From assembly GCA_965649765.1 (NCBI GenBank), contig OZ287749.1, positions 63,984,001-64,048,000 of the forward strand: 64,000 bases of DNA, written 5' to 3'. Shown piece after piece: positions 51,800 through 64,000 of the stretch; positions within the stretch are counted from its first letter, which is position 1, and each line of letters opens with the position of its first letter. The position numbers and the translations under genes are program-made. Under the pieces are notes generated by a model. That model was not told the origin of the DNA and made no database searches. It saw nothing but the letters and a program-made list of their open reading frames with translations. This DNA is from Bispira polyomma (Eukaryota).

Positions 51800-52864
51800 A
51801 TACATTGACAACCATATGGATATGTATGGAACAAGATGTTGACAGTACCATGTACTATTAAGTATGCAATATATCTCTGAACTGAGTTATTTATAAGCAT
51901 CTAATCAAATGAATGGTGTTTGCATGGTCTTTGCAGTAAACCATTTGCTCATGCATGTATGTTATATAATATAACATTATCTGAATATATATATTATATG
52001 AATGTACTAATGTCATGTAATTCCATCATTCAATTATAAACAATGGTTTACACTCTCACAATGTGTGACTATATCGAAACTTTTATAGCACTTAATATCC
52101 ATTGAGGTGGATTCTAAGGTGTATATATTATGATCATATTCGAGTCGCATAACATCCTTTTCCGGAAGGTGTTGGCATCCCAGGAGACGCTGTAATAAAT
52201 ATGTAACTGGAGAGGAAAAATCTTGTCAAAAAGTTTGGCTCTAAAGAATAACAACGTGGGAGCAACACAAAGTTCTTGCTTCAGACTGTTTGACAGTTTT
52301 AGTGCATTGTAGGAGAAACTATGTTTGAAATGAGTTTTGGATTTATGAATTGTAGCTGAGTATACAGGAATCTCAAGGAAAACCTTATCAGGATTACTGC
52401 GCCTTGTCCGAGCTTGACGTGTCTATCGAGACAAATATGGGCTGAAATAACGTGGGAGTCCTGTGTATAAAAATTTATGGACCAATGTGGCAGTCTTGGA
52501 CATAACCTGATACCTAATGGAAAACCAGGGAAGACTTCTGAGAACAGGTGTTATACGTGATCATTTAGCAGTGTTTATAAGTATGGCTACTGTATTTTGC
52601 ATGCACTGAAGTCAAAATCTCTTGGAGTTAAACTACAAAAAAAAAGAGTTGACCAAGAGGCAGGGAGTTAAATAATTAGTAAATAAAGGTGAATGATAAT
52701 ATTTAGTGCGTCACATAAAAGTACATGGACTGGTAATTTAAATATTATGGATTATATTATAGATTGTTTTAATTATATTACACATTGAACATTGTTTTTT
52801 TATATTTCCTTAATCGATGTATTATTGTCGATACAATGTAAAATACACACAGCGTTTATGACAA

Positions 52865-52870
52865 AATAAA
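52865..52870 (+). terminator. Candidate polyadenylation signal of the nAChR gene
   Basis: AATAAA about 1.07 kb after the stop, followed by a T/GT-rich tract (atttttgttgtc). Alternative AATAAA hexamers lie at 52194 and 52682. Confidence 0.4.
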
Positions 52871-55800
52871 ATTGTAAATATTTCAACAGCATTTTTTGTT
52901 GTCATTTAAATGTCATTAATGTTTTTGGCAAGTGAATTGGGTATATAAGTAGCTGCAAAGAGTAAAAGCTATTTAAATTGTCTTTTTGAGCATTTCATAA
53001 TAACCATTTCACAATGTTACAAGTGGATGGTGTGGCAAAAACCAGTGAAGATTGTTAGTTCGAGTTAAATAAAGGTAAATTGCACCATCATTCCATAATC
53101 CACAATAACCTTCAAAGCATTTATTTATTTGTTTGTTATCACGCTTACACAAAAACTACAAAACGACAAAGTTGGCTAATTTTCAAGAATCGATTCAATT
53201 GTAGGGTGTAACCAGGTTCAAGGGTGTATGCATGTTTCAGTTTTACCTTGTTGGACTGTGGGGCATTGGCGGAAGTATGCGCTATACTAGATACCCTTCT
53301 GGTTTAGTTTGTTTTAAGAAACATTTCTTGCTTTTGAATATCAGTGCCCTAGAGGGTCAATTATAATTGCAAAGTTTTACATTTATCAAATAAGTCAAAT
53401 ATTTATATTACCTGCATTGATCCATAAATCTCTATATACAACATAGTCTCTTGCTATTGGATGTCCTGCCGAAGTTTAGCTACTTTCCTGAGCTAATGTA
53501 CACATATAAGTGAGTATTGTCCTCTTCTAAAACAACTAAAGTGTATGTGAACATTATGCGTGTATATAGAAGACAGTCCAATTTGTTCACGTTTTGAATC
53601 AGTGAATGCTATCAAACCTACACGAGTGCATTGTAAAACTGTTTTTGATCCTGCTTCCTGTCGTGCGGTTCCTGTTTGCTTCAAGTAGCTAATGTTTTGA
53701 TAAAACCATATAATTTGCTGCCTATAATATACTGAATCAGCAGGTGAACTTATTTTTAAAAGTACAAACAAATATAAATCATTCTAAGCCAATTATAATG
53801 TATATTTGATTAATCACAGAATGAATTTAGTGCACAATAAACCTTACCAAGTTACTACCTAGATATCATATATGTTCCTTTAAAATCCAATTAAACTTCT
53901 AACTTAATACTACATTATCATATATACAAAAACATTTACATAGTTAAATGAACAGTTATTTCTATATTTATTGATGAATATTTTTTAAGAAGCCTGTTGA
54001 AACAATAAATTACCAAAACCAATAAATCTAGCCACAATAAAAAAATCAAAAAGTATACAATCTTAATAAAAGATTTACATTGCTGAAAGTAATGAACCAA
54101 TAAAACTACCAGGTGGCTAGGAAGAAGTAATTCTAATGTAACCCATTGAAACATTTCTAGAGCCCAGTTGCCATGGTAACCGCTGACACCGAGTGTCCCT
54201 TTCACAATTTTTACTAGGTTCTTGAGAAAGAAAAAAAAAAACACCTCTGGTATTGAATTCAGTTGGCCCAGCCATCTAACATAGAAACAAATTGATTTAT
54301 CCCAAGTGAAATTACCAGAAATGCCAACAACACCAGAGTTATTAGATTTAGCCTCTACTGACAAGCCTATTTCTCAGCCATGGTCTCAGGTTCACCACAA
54401 TTTGGTTCAGTTAATGTTTTTTTTACTAGACTTGTATATTTTGATGTGCTTTTATATTGAGTTACTTTTTTCATTATGCATCATTTGCACATTTTGCTCA
54501 ATATAGGTTACAACACCGGGTGGATAAATAAGTTAAATATAGAAATACATATATCTTCAAAATTTAAAAATCTCATTTAATGACAGACATCATCTGTTGA
54601 GACACACTTTTTACCAAAGTAATTTGAGAAAAACCTTTATTAATTAACCTGTAACTGTTACAATGTAGATTTTTTTTCTAAACATCTAGCTGTTAAAACT
54701 CAGATTTTAGGGTTTGACTAAAAAAAATTCAAATAAGAAATATATATAAAGCAAAAACAGATTTTAAGAATCTAGGTATGCTGGTTGGGGAGTTGATTTG
54801 GTGATTGAAAGATTCCCAGTTCAACTCAAGGTTTAGGGGAGTTGCTCTGATTATCGGAATGTTCATTCGTAGGAGAACATCGTTGGGCAAGATGCAAACC
54901 AGTAACGACTCAGACCGTGTTGTAGGGCTTGTGAGTGGTTTTTCGATTGAGTTGTTGTGCTTTATAAGTGCGTTGAAATATATACATAATCCAGTACAAT
55001 ATTTGGTGCACCCAAAACCTCATTATTCTTTTACATAGTTAAGACATACGGCCAACTTAAGACAACAGCTTTCTACACTTGCATCTACTGCTAATAAGAC
55101 ACTGCAATCTCATTGGGTAATTTAATATAGATTACACCGGAAAATGCAATAAATGTCCATCACTCCTTTAGTCTCTGATTCCTATAAACTCGGCTGTTTT
55201 ATCGGGATTATAATATAGCTCATAAAATGTATCCAGATAAGTTTTACAGATGGAAAAAGACAGGAACAGGTGATCACTACCATGGAAAAGTTACAGTAGA
55301 GAAACGGAAATGTCCGTAATTTGTAGGAAAAGTGGAGGATAGAAGCGATTACTGGGACTGAAAAATTACAGTAGTGAATCAGCAATACTCGGAAATGGGT
55401 AGAAGAATTTTACTGCTTTGGTGAACCAGAAGTTTTGACCCTGCCCAAAAACTTTTGCCTAGTATGGCCGACTGTAAAAGCTTGGGAAGGAGGCTAAACA
55501 TAGGGGAAGTTCGAGATAGGGTTCCCTGTGTTACAAGGTGATCTCTATTATGTTTTCTAACCACTTCTTTTTCCGTCGTAGTGTGAACACCACTTTACAT
55601 ACAACTAGATTGGCTGTTTATACATTGGTGTGCTTGCTGGTTCCGTGGTGGAAAATGGCATACTCATCTTTTACACTTTATGGTAAGGTGGCATTACACC
55701 GAACATTAAGCCTAAGATAACGTGACCTATACACCTTATGCTAAGGTGACATTACATCTTAACTTAAGGTGACTTTATACCATTGCATAAACTCAACTGT

Positions 55801-57214
55801 ACATAAACATAGTAGTAAAAACTTATATTTTAACCGCAATCTTTTTCTACCTTTAAACATTTTTGTCCTGTAATTAAAATCTTGACCTGCACCCAGAGGC
55901 ACTGATGGTAGTTACTCCTCCATAAAAAAAGTACTTAATCCAACTTCACTCCATGCAACAGGTAAAACTTTAAAAAATACTTTCTTGGTTCTTTAAAGAC
56001 GTAGTGCATATATAAGAGAGAACAGGCAACAAGTGAAAGTTAATTAGTTCTACAAAGACAGATGGTTATTAAAGCTAAGATAATAAACCGGGGTCCATGA
56101 TTCAAGCCCAAATTGGCACTAAGATTCAATAACTCAAGCGAAGGCTATGTGGAAATCATTGTATGTAAATAAACTATACTTGCAGCTATTCATGTCAAAA
56201 GATTTTTTAATGCTCAATTGAGATATGTAAATAAATCAGATTTTACATACTAGCCAGAGTAAATATGAAAACATCAAATTCTCCAGGTTGAGTTGTGCTA
56301 TAGATGGGTTTTTTTTGAGAATATAGACCACAGGTGACATATTGTTCAGAGATCTTAAGCTAAACAGACACAAATTCAGATGCTTTACTATTGACTATAT
56401 TTTAAACTGGAGTGCAGCCATGTCAAATCTGAATTCATATTTATAATCAATTATGGATGTGCTATCAAATTGACTGATATGAAGTAGGAATCATATCCAA
56501 AAATGGACATCCCCCATAAAGACTTAATTTGAGTTGAGCTGAAGTTTGAGATTGAGTTTCTCCGGGGAGAACAGGCTCAGGTGATGTATTGAGGGGGTAC
56601 CTGACCCACTTGTAAGACAATACCGCTTGGAGCATTTGTAAGTCTTGGTTTAAATGGGACTTAAAGTTTCTAAGATGTTTAAAAGTGGTCAAATGCAAAT
56701 GGTGTATGTATAAAAAAGACCAAGTTTAAAATTGATAAACATTGTGATAGCTATCTAATTTCTGTATAAAGACCAATTAAGGGAATTCGATGAACCATTA
56801 AGCACTTAGTAGTACTATTCTAGTACATAGCCTATTGGCCATCACCAGTAGGCAATGGCATGTTCACATATTTTCAAAGGAAGTTATCCCTCAATGATCA
56901 GTGTTGTGTTACTAAAGTGGACTTTTCGCACTCCCAACCAACATTCCACCCCACAGGCAGTACAATTAGTTACCTGCTGATTACTGGACCAACTCTTTTA
57001 CCACTCTTCCCTAAGAGACCTATATTATATTACAGGAGTATCCATTCTTTGTTATTGCTGATCAAGTGTCCTTGGTGGTGCACTGTAATTAATTAGGTTC
57101 TGCATAAATGCTGTAGATTCAAGACATGCATTGGATTCTGTTGGTCTTCACAATAAACAAACAGGTTTTCACACTGTCAATCAGAGTATACTGATATACT
57201 ACATTATAAGTTTA

Positions 57215-57378
57215 GGAGCATTGGTGGTGGTACACTTGCCTCCCACCTCTGCTGGCATGTATGTGGGAAAGTTGGAAGAAACAAATGTTTCATTAACTGC
57301 TTTGTTCTGGTTGTCTTCACCTTTGAACTATGATATTACACAAAACATGTTAAAATCGATCTGTTAACCCCAACCTAA
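57215..57378 (+). mobile_element. Degenerate Meta/MESC-like SINE
   Basis: cttgcctcccacctctg...atgtgggaaagttgg...tgatattac...gttaaccccaac. Confidence 0.5.
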
Positions 57379-58610
57379 AACATACCTTTATCAAGTTCAT
57401 CCTGGTTAGAAACCACTAACTAAACCTACCAGGAGCATAGAAAATTCTGGATGATGTCAGTGGACGGGACATATTCTCCAAGAAAATATGGAATCTCTTA
57501 AAGAGTACAGAAATATAACAGGTGGGGCCTGTTCAACCTTTGTAGTTTTTTGCTTACAAACCATATGTATATATATATAAGTTTTGAGACAAATGACAGT
57601 TCAAATTTCTTTGAGTTTGAATTGAATCAATCAAATTAAAAACAAATTTTGTCGAATTCTAGACTGATACATTACACTATTATATATTATACACGTGACA
57701 AGGAAGATATATATGACGATGTCAAAAAATGTAATATTCTTACCTAGAAAGAAAAACAAACTATTTTTAAGCCTTGTCATAAGCAAACTAAATGTGTCCT
57801 CCGTTTGTGATAAATTAGCAGCAATCAGTAAAAGTGTTTTGTGGACTTAAGATAATGTAAAAACCTTGTACATCTGTCCCCATGTAAGTGATGGCCTGGG
57901 GGAAATGGGCAGCTGCAGGGTACACCCCGGCAGGTGGATACAAAGATTGGATTATATATCTGCACATTGTTTGAATAACTGCATTGTTCCCTCAAAGTTC
58001 CAATTTGCAGCATATGTAGTTTATGCATATATATAATACAAGAGAACTGAAATACAAAGACATTCTTTAACCCTAAGTTTTCATATTATTATTATTATTA
58101 TATTTACATCAGATATAATAGAGTTCATTCTCGGCTACATTTTAATACTTTTAAGGGGGGGGGGGGGGGGGGGGGGGGCTTATACTTCTTTATTGAAGAA
58201 TAGTTTGGTGAACAATAAACTAAAGTCAATTCTATTATGTTGCAAAAGATGTGCATGTCAGGTACTATTTCATGCTTTTTATATCTCGCAGTTACAAGAT
58301 AAACAGTCAGTATTATAGATGAGTTTAATTATGCTAGAATACAATTTAATATTTAACATCAGCCATCAGTCAACAAAAAGTTAACTTGGTACTTGGGAAA
58401 AATAAGTCAAGCCTGCTCTCTTAGAAGTAGCAAGAAAGCTACTAAGACTTAATGTTTACATGCATTTCTAGTAACCTTTACATGTTATGTATAATAGAAA
58501 ATTCTACAGGTGAAAAAACGTAAAGTTCAATAATGTCTGTGTGTGTTTTGTTTGTTTGTGTTGGTTTCATAAGCCCCATAATTGGAATGTTGAACTAGCT
58601 TTTAGCGCTA

Positions 58611-59102
58611 ATAGCCCAGTCACACCTACACGTGCTATCGTCCTACAACATACCAAAGCAATATATCTAAAAACGGGGTAGTTTTGTGTCAAAGTAACAT
58701 CATTTTGACAAAGGTGCAGTTGATTGTGACGTTTTGTGATGTTTTTGTGACGATGTTCATACTTTTACAGACGGAGCGGGAGAAAAAAAACGAAGACTTT
58801 ACTGGTAGGATATTCCTACCTACTACTACGTAGTTACTTTATGTTACTTAACGGCTGCATTCTGGTGCGTTTTCCTACCTAGTGAAACGTTTCTTAAAAA
58901 ATGGAGACGAGTGGAGACAGTTTGAAACAATCGTCACAGCAGACAAAACGGAGACGTTTCCGGAACAATATCATCCGTTAAGCAACGTCACGAAACGAAC
59001 GCACCAGTGATCATCACTTTGGCATTACCTTTTACTACGTTTCCAAACAGTCCAAACGTCGCACACACGTAGCTCCAGCAAGTGTAGGTGTGACTGGGCT
59101 AT
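58611..59102. mobile_element. MITE-like element with terminal inverted repeats
   Basis: taatagcccagtcacacctacac (58609-31) and gtgtaggtgtgactgggctatta (59082-104) form a perfect 23-bp IR. Non-coding interior. TSD ambiguous (TA possible). Confidence 0.85.
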
Positions 59103-60401
59103 TACAAACGTTTGAAAAAAAATATAATTACTATTGATTGCAGTTGAAAGTCCAATGGCATCCAGGATATTATCATATAAGCATTTAATACAAAAAGTTA
59201 AAGAAAAACTCACCTCTGGATCAAATTGGATTTGTTTTCATCTAAATGTCTTTGTTTTATCAGAATGAATCATCGCCCTGAGACCAAAGACTGACTACAG
59301 TACCTGCACCCCCATCAATATCAATAGGCTTTCATAATTTCTTTGATTAAACACAAGGATTTTATGGAAACCCATTAGTAACATAAAAGTAAGGATTTTT
59401 TTTTTTTTTTTTTGGGGGGGGGGGCGGGCGGGGGGGGGGGGGAGCGGGGATTTCCGTTTTAAAAAATACTATTCCCATTTTAAAACCATTATTCCATAAG
59501 TATTAGATAATAAGTCGTAATTTGTAGATAAATTTAAATTTGAAAAAAATGGATACAAAATATTTAATCTCGTATTTAGAACTCACTACCTCGTAAGTAT
59601 GATAATGATATATGTTTTATTTAGAAATCAAAAACAAACTTTTGAATTTTTTTCTTTACTATGTAACTAATGGGTTTCTTTTGGGGTTTTAGTATTTTTA
59701 CCAATTTTAAATAAACTTCATCTATAAATAGAAACCCATCTCCTTCTCCATGTGGGGGATTAATTCTCAGATGCTAAATTGAAACAAGTTAGAACACAGA
59801 AATGCACGTGCCAGGCGGCGGAGTGATACTTGCCCTTTTGGAGGTAATGAGGTAGAACAGCCAGGCATTCGGCATGAATGGACGGCGGAAGGATACAGGG
59901 CGGATGGGAGGGACTTGTCATCTTGTTTGTAATTCATTTTTTAGGTTCAGGCGGGGGGAGGGGGGGGTTTAAGATTTCACTTTTTTCTTTTTTTTTTTTT
60001 TTTGGGGGGGGGGGGGGGGGGGATCCGGGCAGAAGGTCCAATCCTGGAGTTTTGCTATAGTAAAGCCAAAGTTAGTTCCCATCTAGTTATTATTTTATGG
60101 TTTTAGTAAGCCAAGCCATAAAGCTATATATATAAAGTCATTGCTCTTTAATCCATGTGTTAAATATAGTGTCACTGATCGTTCTTTCATCCCAGGAAAG
60201 TAATATCAGGCCTCCACCTGTGGAGATCTATCAAGGAAATGTCAACCTCTGGCTGCAATTACAGAGTGGGAGGGAGAGCAAGGGGTGAGGGGTAATGGGG
60301 GGGGGGGGTTAAGGCAATCTCGGTGCAGGTAGTTAAGGTGAATGTGATAGGGAAACATGTCTTAAACAAATAATTAAACACCTCATATGTGAAACTGAAT
60401 C

Positions 60402-60814
60402 AATTGGTGTTGTGATTCAGATGTATAGCTAACATAGTAGCCCCTTTTGTCAACTGGTGTTTTGATTCAGATCTATAGTTAGAGTAGTATCCTCCTTTGT
60501 AAACTGGTGTTGTGATTCAGATGTATAGTAATAATAGTACCCTCCTTTGTAAACTAGTGTTGTTATTCAGATGTATAGTTAGAATATAGATATAGTACCC
60601 TCCTTTGTAAACTCGTGTTGTGATTCAGATGTATAGTAATAACAGTACCCTCTTTTGTAAACTGGTGTTGTGGTTCAGATGTATAGTAACAATAGTACCC
60701 TCTTTTGTAAACTGGTGTTGTGATTCAGATGTATAGTTAGAATATAGCACCCTCCTTTGTAAACTAGTGTCGTGATTCAGATGTATAGTTAGAATAGTAC
60801 CCTCTTTTGTAAAC
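60402..60814. repeat. Minisatellite, ~50-bp unit, about 8 copies
   Basis: aactggtgttgtgattcagatgtatagttagaatagtaccctcttttgta repeated head to tail without unique spacers. Confidence 0.95.
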
Positions 60815-61000
60815 ATGAACTACTGACCATTTTTGGGTAAGATGCTTCCATAGGAAGAAATATGATTCCTGTGACATCTTGAGATATGAAATCCATAAAC
60901 AAGCAATAAGAAAAAACAAAAATAAAATGAAATTTTCTTTGCACATCTTTCTGTGAGATTTTTCTTGCCAACTGATGGTGTTCGATGGTGTAGAGATACA

Positions 61001-61585
61001 TTAAAATAGCCAGTATTACCACTTAAATTAGCCAGTACTACCACTTAAAGTAGCTGGTACAATATGGACTTTAAGTATACGATACTACCACTTAAAGTAG
61101 CCAGTACTACCACTTAAAGTAGCCAGTACTACCACTTGAAGTAGCCAGTAGTGCCAATTAAAGTAGCTGGTAAAACCACTTAAAGTGGCCAGTACTACCA
61201 CATAAGTAGCCGGTACCCCTTAAAGTATCTGGTAAAACCACTTATATTAGCCATTACTGCCACTTAAATTAGCTGGTAAAACCACTTAAAGTAGCCAGTA
61301 CTACCACTTAAAGTAGCTGGTATAACCACTTAAAGTAGCCAGTACTACCACTCAAAGTAACCAGTACTGCCACTTAAAGCAGCCAGTACTACCACTTAAA
61401 GTAGCCAGTACTACCACTCAAAGTAACCAGTACTGCCACTTAAAGTAGCCAGTACTACCACTTAAAGTAGCCAGTATTACCACTCAAAGTAGCCAGTACT
61501 ACTTAAAGTAGCCAGAACTACTACTTGAAGTAGCCAGTACTACCACTTACTATAGCTGGTACTACCACTTAAAGTAGCCGGTAAT
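61001..61585. repeat. Minisatellite, 22-bp unit, about 26 copies
   Basis: accacttaaagtagccagtact repeated (e.g. 61087, 61109, 61131). Confidence 0.95.
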
Positions 61586-62959
61586 ACTACAAAATAGTCG
61601 GTCTGACCAAAGAAAATGTGTTTACAGTTTAATTAGTGACACATTACACAAGTCTAGGCGGTTACTGTTAATCTGCACAATGTTCACAGTCATTTTTTTA
61701 ACTAATAATTTTTCGATTCTACTAAATAGGTAGTGTTAAATGTTCTTTACAAAGCAAATCAATAAACATGCACTCATTTTCGTTCTGCTGATATAAGTAC
61801 TACATAATCACTGAACCTCTGGATGTTTCAGGCTGGGACATAATCATCAAACAAATAACACATAATATAGTGTTGCTTGTAATTATCACATTGGCTTAAA
61901 TCTAGCTAGTGTGTGTTTTACGAAAAAAAAGAAGACTAGTCAGAGCAAACATGAAGGAAATGCTAATGCAAACACCTCCCTATTAAGGATCCTTCAGACT
62001 AAGTCAGGCAGTCTGGTCTAGACGTTCTACCCCATTACCTACAAGTAGATGGTATCACTCCACCAAATGATACATTCCTTTTTTTCACTCAGCACAAAAT
62101 GTAGTTCCATATAAATAATGGCATTATAAGAGACAGCTATTTATAAAAGGTATCACTTGTGGGCTATAAAAATGGCAAGAAATGATGATTAACAAAAATA
62201 CTGACAATCCTTGATGTGCTTTTCAATTTGTTATCCCCGGAAATTAATTATCCAAGTATCAACGTGTATTAACAAATGTTAGGCTAAGCATTCTTCAAAT
62301 AAATAAGCATGGCTGTTTTTGTATAATTTTGATGGAATTTCTAGTAACAAAGGTGAATGAAAGAATAAAAGATTTGTACTTGATGATCTAAATAAAAAAA
62401 TGTGCTAAGGTGTAACAATGGCTAGTTTTATCTGATCACTAGAAACCGAGTCTAGCATTTCTTTTTGTAATTACCCAACGTGAGAACAACTCATTCAGAG
62501 CAATAACAATTAAATATTTGTCAACATCTGTAAAAGATTTTGCTTAAAATAATTTTATGTTTTCACCCATGTAAGTAGGATAATTAGCTGTTTTGTTGGT
62601 TTTTCAACAGCAAGTGTTAAGGATAGGGTACAGACCAAGAGTTCAATGAAGTTTGGAGCAGATCCAAGCAGAAAGACAGATGAAGGAACTTTCTTTAATT
62701 GTTAATGATTTGACTTTTATAGTGCCACAATCGATGACCAAGCATCCTCTGTGGTGCACATCCCATCCAGTATGCAAAAGAAAAGTCCGATATGAGAAAA
62801 GGGTTGTGATTAAAGTTTAGTCGTCAAATGTTAAAGCGGAAAAGCGAGTTGATTCAGATGTGTTTTAATCTTTTTCCTAAAGCCTGCAAATCCTTGTCTC
62901 AGTGCAAAGACTAGTAGAGAGACTATTCCACTAGGCAATTGCTGCAACTTGCTGCCACC

Positions 62960-63335
62960 TTGCCTCCTACCTTGCCTCCCTTCTTTCCTTCAGTAACCGC
63001 AAGAGAGGCAACAGACTCTCTGTCACTTTGGTCAGACCAATCAGAAAAGCGGGATTCAGAGCGTTCTCCACTGCAGCTCCTCAGTTATGGAACAGTCTCC
63101 CAGTTGACCTCAGATCAGTAGACACACTTATCGGTTTTAGGAAAAAGCTTAAAACCTATCTTTTTAATCTTGCCTACCCACCTTAGCTTTCCTCGTGCAC
63201 GCTCCCACTTCCTTCCTTACGACTCTGCAATTTCCATGGACTTAATGATTGGACCAATGATTCTGCTGTTGCGCTTTAGAAAATGCCTAGCATCAATAAA
63301 GCGTGTTAAAAATCTATAATAATAATATTAATAAC
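62960..63335 (+). mobile_element. 5'-truncated L2/Crack-like LINE 3' end
   Basis: ...SYLASLL...RKAGFRAFSTAAPQLWNSLPVDLRSVDTLIGFRKKLKTYLFNLAYPP* (stop 63184-86), the WNxLP...FK..LKT.LF ORF2 C-terminus, followed by a 3' UTR and (TAA)n. Confidence 0.85.
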
Positions 63336-64000
63336 TTTAAATGATTTTAAACCAGCCATTTTGGGGGGTAAGAAACAAGAGATGGAAAAACGATTTCTTT
63401 TGATAAGTTTGCTCTGAGACAGGATAGATGATAAATAGGCAGGTTGCTGCACATGGGCCAACTTAAAATTATGTTTTGCTTTTTGACACAGTATGTATCA
63501 GCCCTACCGAGTGTCTTTTGTAGTTGTATATTACCTCTATTCAGAGATCCTTAAAATTTCAAAGCTAGTGAACATTAGTTCTATTCCGTAAAGATTCGAG
63601 TGATCCCATGAAACTTAAAAAACTATTTTTTGAAAGTTAAAATTAGTTTATAGTAACCAAAAAAACAAATGGTAAGGATGTTCATCTTAGACTCATCACA
63701 TTTTCCTTCTACTTCAAATTAAAGTCCCATGTTTGTTCTCTAACTAATACTTAAGGTCACCTTAACACGGCAATCACTGACACCATCTGTGCGTGATGTA
63801 TGGTTTTGTCCATGTGGAATTACAGTAAATTGAGACACAAGAGCAGCTAGCCATACCTATCAGTTCCCCCTGGAGATTCTCTGCTTCCGCCAAAGCAATC
63901 AATGCCACTTATATGACTCAAACACTCCTACAGGACGGGGAATTTGGGGTAGCAATTGTTACCAATTCTTACTATCTAAGACAAACCAGCTTTAAGTAGT

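Noticed and set aside
55000-55660. Possible decayed SGNH-hydrolase or other coding relic
   Set aside because: No frame gave a convincing motif set by eye; needs an HMM search.
58155-60310. Long G and T homopolymer patches as G-quadruplex elements
   Set aside because: Low-complexity runs of uncertain length, prone to sequencing error, with no supporting context.
60402-61585. Regular repeats resembling a CRISPR array
   Set aside because: Head-to-tail units with no unique spacers, no cas genes, eukaryotic context.

Overview
AT-rich, intron-rich animal genomic DNA. The SINE types and gene style suggest a lophotrochozoan, probably a mollusc (inference). There are two main features. (1) A plus-strand Cys-loop nicotinic acetylcholine receptor alpha-subunit gene. 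Six exons (35778-35944, 42551-42705, 47233-47413, 49327-49433, 50481-50728, 51105-51799) join in phase through GT-AG introns into about 517 aa. Its signal-peptide exon is not securely located. (2) A near full-length ~5.3 kb minus-strand tyrosine-recombinase retrotransposon (DIRS order, Ngaro/PAT-like gag / RT-RNaseH / YR layout, 13383-18692), inactivated by four in-frame stops and one frameshift. The element splits a tRNA-derived SINE cleanly with no target duplication. It shows neither long inverted termini nor split direct repeats. Instead it carries a short terminal 'splint' complementary to its own circle junction, a candidate -1 frameshift signal between gag and pol, a phase-compatible splice route joining gag to the recombinase, and a fold-back 3' region whose palindromic motif recurs across the window. 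The rest is SINEs, L2-like LINE 3' ends, MITE/HINE-like repeats, a second YR relic and two minisatellites.
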